DNA from: Patescibacteria group bacterium
GTDB taxonomy: Bacteria; Patescibacteriota; Minisyncoccia; Phycocordibacterales; Phycocordibacteraceae
Assembly: GCA_029260935.1 (NCBI GenBank)
Contig: JAJDCJ010000012.1
Location: forward strand, 33,315-97,314
Direction: 5' to 3'
DNA length: 64,000 nt
Of the stretch, positions 59,026-64,000 are shown piece after piece. Made by a program: the position numbers and the translations under genes. Positions within the stretch are counted from its first letter, which is position 1, and each line of letters opens with the position of its first letter. The notes under the pieces were generated by a model. The model saw only the letters and a program-made list of their open reading frames with translations, was not told where the DNA came from and ran no database searches.

Positions 59026-61881
59026 CTAGACACTGCGCATTCCTTTATACTTTTCTTTAATTTCATCTTCAATGGCAGCACGTTCTTTTCCGTAACGCTG
59101 ATATGACATTTGTTTTAATGCTTCAATTTGTGCGGGATCACCGGAACGGAATGCGATTGTTTCCATTGAAAACGGCGTAAGTGGTTTTCCATGGGCAAGC
59201 ATTTTGATATATGCATTGTAGTTATCAATATGAAGCATATCTTTTGAATTAAATGTAGGGACAAACTGTTTTTCCAAAAATGATGCGTCATCTGATCCAA
59301 CACGGAAGATAGCCATTGACCCAACGTTACCGAACACTGCGTCTGAGATTGATGGCTGTAGTTGTTTGATAAACTGGTGCGCCATAGTGAGTGACAGTTT
59401 GTATTTACGAGCCTCAGAAAGAATTGTGGCAATGGTGTTGGTGGTGATGTTTTGGAACTCATCCATATAAAGGAAAAACGGTGGAGGGTTAAGGTGTAAC
59501 GAATCACTTCTACTGAGTGCCGACATTAAAATCTTTCCAACGATGATAAGACCGAGAAGGTTTGCATTAACATCTCCCAAGCGCCCCTTTGAAAGATTCA
59601 CTAAGAGGATCTTCTTGTTATTCATAATGTCTTGGAAGTTGAATGCACTCCTTTGTTGCCCAATAATCGGGCGCATAATTTCGTTTGCAATAAAGATATC
59701 AAACTTACTGGTGATGTATGGCACCACATTGCGTAGGTCACCTTCTCCACGCACCTGTTCTGCAACTTCCTCCCAGAAGTGATTGACGATTGGGTTTCTT
59801 GAACGTGAGAGCTTAAGATGTCTGAAGTCTTCATCTGAGAGCACACGTGAAATATCCATCAACGTAGAGCCGGTTTCCGGATCTTCCAACACGAGCAAGG
59901 TGGCATTTCTAAAGTACTGCTCAAAGATAGGACCGAACGCTTCAGGAGTATCACCATACAACTTTTTAAATATCTGAAACATTTCATCCACCACGAACGT
60001 CTTCTGCTCTGGGAAGCGTGGGTCATATTCCAACATATTGAGACCCATAGGGCGGTCAGTATGGGCCGGGTCAAAATAAATGAGGTCATCATAACGCTCC
60101 GGTGGAATACGTCCCAAAATATCCTGAACATCAACGCCATGCGGGTCAATAAAAGCGACACCTTCACCCCGCTCAATATCCTGGATAATCATTTGCTTTA
60201 GGAAGTTTGTTTTACCGGTACCGGTTTGCCCCACAGTGTAAAAGTGGCGCATACGGTCTTCGTTTGAGAAATGAATATCCGTTTCGACATTGGCGTGGCG
60301 ATTTTTGCCCAAAAGAATACCTTCAGTGGGCATGCCCGTCGGTGCCGGAGCAAATCTTGCATTTGAACTCTTTACTTCACGTGAGCTTGTTCCTCCACAA
60401 ATAGTTAAGTGAAAAAGCGTTGCAAGTTCAGTGAGGTTCATAGGCATGGCGGGAGTTGAATACACAAGAAGTGATTTTACCTTGAACCCACTAAACTCAA
60501 ACCTGAAAGCACGCCAAAAAGACTCAATAGGCCCTTTATCAAAGGTTCGGAAAATAAAGGAACGCAACAGAGCTTGTTTTGCTTTTTTATCTTTCGGGCG
60601 CCTGAATTTAAAGCGGTTACCGTCTGCTTCTTCATATTGTCCGAATGCCAACTCTAATTCTTCAAGCATGGCGTCTGCCCTATCGCCAGTACGTGCTGAC
60701 GTTACAATTCTGATATTCACCCCAGAAAGAATGCTTTTCATTTTCGCAATTAATTTTTCAGTTCTCTGTCCGTCAACAGTTTTTTCTCCTTCTTTTTTTT
60801 CTGAAGTATTAAAAATATTTTTAGTTCCTTTGACAAGCGAGGGAAAGAGACGACGCATAAAAGAGTACCGAGGTAAATATTTATGATCTTGAAAAATTTT
60901 TCCCGACTTTGCAGTACCAAGTTTATTTATTTCATCAAGAACACTACGGAAGCGTTTTATATGATACTCGCCGGCTCCGGCAACAGAAATCTGGATAGCG
61001 GCACCTTCTCCTTCTTTGGTGATCTTTGAAAGTGCTGACAGAAGAAGGTTCAGTGGGTCGTAAGCAAACCCCTGTGCAGTCCTAATAGGTAATAATGCTG
61101 GACGAAACAGTGTTCCATACGCAATAGAGGATTCGCCAAATTGGTTAAAGATATTATAATCATCTTTCTTTTCAACAATTCTCGTGCGGGGGAAATTTGC
61201 GAAAATTTGTTTTTCAAAAATGTCGCGACGCATACGTGGCATTGCTATATAAAAGACAGCTTCTTCACTTTCCTGTGACACCGCAATTTCCATTGAAAAA
61301 TGTTCATTATGGATTCCTTTTCTTCTTCTCCAATCTTTCAAGAAAATAGGGTCGGGAACACTCACAAACGGAATTACGCTCTGATACAGCTGTTCCATTT
61401 TTGTTACAACGTCTGCAAGCGAACTACCCTCTGCTCCAGACTCTGCCACAGGCACCGCAATTTCAAGGAGAACAAAATCAAGTGCGCGCACCAGAGGATC
61501 ATCTTTTTCCGCGCCAACAATAGCGTGTCCTCCACCCTTAAACTGCACCAATAATCTATGAAAGTCATCTTCTATATGCGGATTATCAATCTTATCAAGC
61601 TCTGCGAGTACCGCCTTAAGCCCTTTTTGATTAAGAATACCGAGCAACTCTTCCATATCCTTATCGTTATGGTCGGGACGCAACTCAAGTGAAATTTCTG
61701 GTTCATCAAGTACTGGCTGTGGCGCTGGTTGTCCTATTGGTTCAAACTCAAGCGACGGTGCCTCATCAGTGCCCCCAAAATTTGAACTTCCACCACCGGC
61801 ACCACCCGTACGCGTTTGTTCACGTAATTTAACCATTTGGTGCTCTGGTGATTGGTTTGTTTCTCCTCCGGGAGTTTTCAT
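59026..61881 (-). CDS. VirB4/TraG/HerA-like ATPase (T4SS coupling-protein-like)
   Basis: GQTGTGKT, FIDPHG, LYMDEFQN, LSEARKY and AVFGNVG motifs. Confidence 0.8.
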   Translation of the reverse strand: MKTPGGETNQSPEHQMVKLREQTRTGGAGGGSSNFGGTDEAPSLEFEPIGQPAPQPVLDEPEISLELRPDHNDKDMEELLGILNQKGLKAVLAELDKIDNPHIEDDFHRLLVQFKGGGHAIVGAEKDDPLVRALDFVLLEIAVPVAESGAEGSSLADVVTKMEQLYQSVIPFVSVPDPIFLKDWRRRKGIHNEHFSMEIAVSQESEEAVFYIAMPRMRRDIFEKQIFANFPRTRIVEKKDDYNIFNQFGESSIAYGTLFRPALLPIRTAQGFAYDPLNLLLSALSKITKEGEGAAIQISVAGAGEYHIKRFRSVLDEINKLGTAKSGKIFQDHKYLPRYSFMRRLFPSLVKGTKNIFNTSEKKEGEKTVDGQRTEKLIAKMKSILSGVNIRIVTSARTGDRADAMLEELELAFGQYEEADGNRFKFRRPKDKKAKQALLRSFIFRTFDKGPIESFWRAFRFEFSGFKVKSLLVYSTPAMPMNLTELATLFHLTICGGTSSREVKSSNARFAPAPTGMPTEGILLGKNRHANVETDIHFSNEDRMRHFYTVGQTGTGKTNFLKQMIIQDIERGEGVAFIDPHGVDVQDILGRIPPERYDDLIYFDPAHTDRPMGLNMLEYDPRFPEQKTFVVDEMFQIFKKLYGDTPEAFGPIFEQYFRNATLLVLEDPETGSTLMDISRVLSDEDFRHLKLSRSRNPIVNHFWEEVAEQVRGEGDLRNVVPYITSKFDIFIANEIMRPIIGQQRSAFNFQDIMNNKKILLVNLSKGRLGDVNANLLGLIIVGKILMSALSRSDSLHLNPPPFFLYMDEFQNITTNTIATILSEARKYKLSLTMAHQFIKQLQPSISDAVFGNVGSMAIFRVGSDDASFLEKQFVPTFNSKDMLHIDNYNAYIKMLAHGKPLTPFSMETIAFRSGDPAQIEALKQMSYQRYGKERAAIEDEIKEKYKGMRSV

Positions 61882-61981
61882 AGTTAATAGCCGTACCTTG
61901 ATAGTATAGCAATAATCATGCCTATAGTGGCGCGCCTATTATATTCTGGTCTGAAAATTAGTAGGACGTTCCCTTAAAAAA

Positions 61982-62758
61982 CTACGGTAATTTTGTCAAA
62001 ATTTCGGGAGCTCCGTCAGTAATAAGAATAGTATGTTCAAAATGTGCAGAGCGTGAACTGTCACGTGTCACGTACGTGTAGTCGTCAGGGAGGAGTCTTA
62101 TATGTGCAGTGCCTTCAGTTAACATCGGCTCAATGGCAATCACCATACCGGGTACTAACTCTTCGCCCTCGCCCTTTTCTCCTTCGTTCATAATGTATGG
62201 TTCCTCGTGAACGACGTACCCCACACCGTGACCACCAAGATCAATAACATTGCCGTAGTTGTACGAACGTGCAACCTTTGAAATAGCATCACCGATGTCG
62301 CCAACGTGGTTACCGCCACGAGAGGCCCTTATACCTGCCTCCAACGCTTCTTTTGTAGCACGTAGAAGTCTATCTGTTTCAGGATTAGAAGCACCCGCCA
62401 CCACACTGACCGCGTGGTCTGTGATAAGCCCTTGGTGAGTGAGCCCACAGTCAAGAGAGACAATATCCCCTTCTTTAACATCATGAGGACTTTCATTGGG
62501 GATACCATGCACTATCTCGTCGTTTACTGAAATACAAATACTCGCTGGATATTCACGGTGTGCACCTTCTGGTTTGTATCCTAAGAAAGATGGTATGTCT
62601 CCTGTTTCGCGTATAAGATCATCTGCTTTTTGGTTCAACGCCAGAAGAGAAACACCAGGGACTACTAAAGCGGCAGTTGTAGCCACTACGCGCGCCAAAC
62701 GTTCTCCTCCGATACGGAGTAGTATAATATCTTCTGGTTTTTTTATAGAAGGACTCAT
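61982..62758 (-). CDS. map: methionine aminopeptidase, type I
   Basis: SVNDEIVHGIP, GHGVG, HEEP, AIEPM and SAHFEHT motifs. Confidence 0.95.
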   Translation of the reverse strand: MSPSIKKPEDIILLRIGGERLARVVATTAALVVPGVSLLALNQKADDLIRETGDIPSFLGYKPEGAHREYPASICISVNDEIVHGIPNESPHDVKEGDIVSLDCGLTHQGLITDHAVSVVAGASNPETDRLLRATKEALEAGIRASRGGNHVGDIGDAISKVARSYNYGNVIDLGGHGVGYVVHEEPYIMNEGEKGEGEELVPGMVIAIEPMLTEGTAHIRLLPDDYTYVTRDSSRSAHFEHTILITDGAPEILTKLP

Positions 62759-62767
62759 AAAAACAGT

Positions 62768-63331
62768 TTAGAGAACATGCTCTGCTACTATACGCTCTAT
62801 TTCCTCAACTGGTAGTTGTCCATCAACATCAACAACCTTGCCCAGCGAACGGAAGTAGTCAATAGCAGGAACAGTATTTTTTTGATATTCGGCAAGACGT
62901 GTCTTTACCGACTCTGCTTTGTCTGCGCCATCACGCGCACGACCGAGAGAGCGTTCCATAACAGTTTCTTCAGAAACCTCTAAATTAAACACTGTATATG
63001 GTCTCCCAAGCCATTGAGTTACTTTTTCAAACGTTTCAGCTTCTTCTTTCGCGCGGCCAGTCCCCTCAAATACCGCGTGCTGGTCGTCAGGTAATTCAAA
63101 AAGAAAATCTTGAAAAAGATACACCGCAACCCATGCGGGCATCAAAAGCCCAGTGCCGTATTCTTTCTCAATACGCTTACCTAAATAGGAGCCAGAAGCA
63201 ATAATTTCGCGGAACCGCGCACCCGTCATAAAAAGAGGAGCACCAAGTTTTTCCGCAAGTAATTTGCCCTGCGTCTCCTTACCTGAGGCAGGTCTTCCTA
63301 CAAAAAGAAAAAGTTGTGTTGATGTGGACAT
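62768..63331 (-). CDS. adk: adenylate kinase family protein
   Basis: GRPASGKETQ and RLAEYQKNTVP; adjacent to map. Confidence 0.75.
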   Translation of the reverse strand: MSTSTQLFLFVGRPASGKETQGKLLAEKLGAPLFMTGARFREIIASGSYLGKRIEKEYGTGLLMPAWVAVYLFQDFLFELPDDQHAVFEGTGRAKEEAETFEKVTQWLGRPYTVFNLEVSEETVMERSLGRARDGADKAESVKTRLAEYQKNTVPAIDYFRSLGKVVDVDGQLPVEEIERIVAEHVL

Positions 63332-63393
63332 ACTAGGAGGTAAGAATAACAAAAAAACCACTAAAAACCTAACGCTCTCAGAATATGATTCTA

Positions 63394-63439
63394 TCCCCTA
63401 CACTAACCCTGACCGTACGGTCAGGGTTAGTGTAGGGGA
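63394..63439. repeat. 46-nt perfect palindrome
   Basis: tcccctacactaaccctgaccgt|acggtcagggttagtgtagggga. Confidence 0.85.
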
Positions 63440-63521
63440 AGATTGGAATGAGGTGCTTCAAGGAAATTGTCCATACAATGCCCGGTGGCACGCTAGTATC
63501 ATTACGTATATAATACCTCGT

Positions 63522-64000
63522 ATGAGAAAGAAAATAATCACCATCACAGGAATGCCGGGGAGCGGAAAGTCATCAACAGCAAAACTTGTTGCTCCTTCGT
63601 TGGGATTTTCCCATTTTTCTTCTGGAGACTTTATGCGGGAAATTGCAGAACAACGAGGGGTTTCTATAGATGAACTAAACACCACAATGGAGCGGGAACC
63701 GATGCTTGATTATGAGGTTGACGCTGTCGTGCGTAGTAAAGAGACTGAGCATGATATTGTACTTGACTCGCGCCTTGCATGGCACTGGATACCCGACTCT
63801 TTTAAGGTGTTCCTTCGTCTTGATCAGAAAATGGCAGCGCAGAGAATTTTCAAACAAATACAAGAAGAGGGGCGTACGAGTGAAAAATTTGATACCGAGG
63901 AAGAAGTGCTTACATCAATCACTGGTCGTCTCACAAGTGAGCAGTCGCGTTACCAAGAGCTGTACGGTATCAACTACCTTGATGAGTCCCACTACGACAT
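63522..64000 (+). CDS. cytidylate kinase-like P-loop kinase (runs off window end)
   Basis: Hand translation MRKKIITITGMPGSGKSSTAK...FSSGDFMREIA...DSRLAWH. Confidence 0.8.
   Translation, partial: MRKKIITITGMPGSGKSSTAKLVAPSLGFSHFSSGDFMREIAEQRGVSIDELNTTMEREPMLDYEVDAVVRSKETEHDIVLDSRLAWHWIPDSFKVFLRLDQKMAAQRIFKQIQEEGRTSEKFDTEEEVLTSITGRLTSEQSRYQELYGINYLDESHYD

Overview
Gene-dense chromosomal window, genetic code 11. It is most consistent with a Patescibacteria/CPR (Parcubacteria-like) genome, based on a type IV pilus/competence operon with several pilins, apparently leaderless genes, tRNA-Ile(UAU), a short RF2 and tRNA-adjacent LAGLIDADG-type ORFs; this assignment is inferred. It carries housekeeping genes (rnj, nth, mutY-like, typA, pyrG, ftsEX, prfB, gatAC, ligA, recG, zwf-gnd, ftsH, smpB-ssrA, infC-rpmI-rplT, ndk, map), 8 tRNA genes (one with a group I intron, one with a 75-nt D-loop insertion) and tmRNA. 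The most unusual signal is non-coding and centred on the stable-RNA genes. (1) A family of 60-210 nt structured modules duplicates the 5' or 3' end of the adjacent tRNA/tmRNA, is homologous between different tRNAs, shows covariation, and sits once inside a tRNA. (2) Two unrelated cargo cassettes at tRNA-Gln and tRNA-Ser share ungapped conserved ends on both sides, with no integrase in the window; one carries an ABC-ATPase with a HEPN-like motif. Three minor pilin leaders also contain frame-preserving heptamer arrays, and a direct/inverted repeat block precedes the likely major pilin. All alignments and folds were done by eye.
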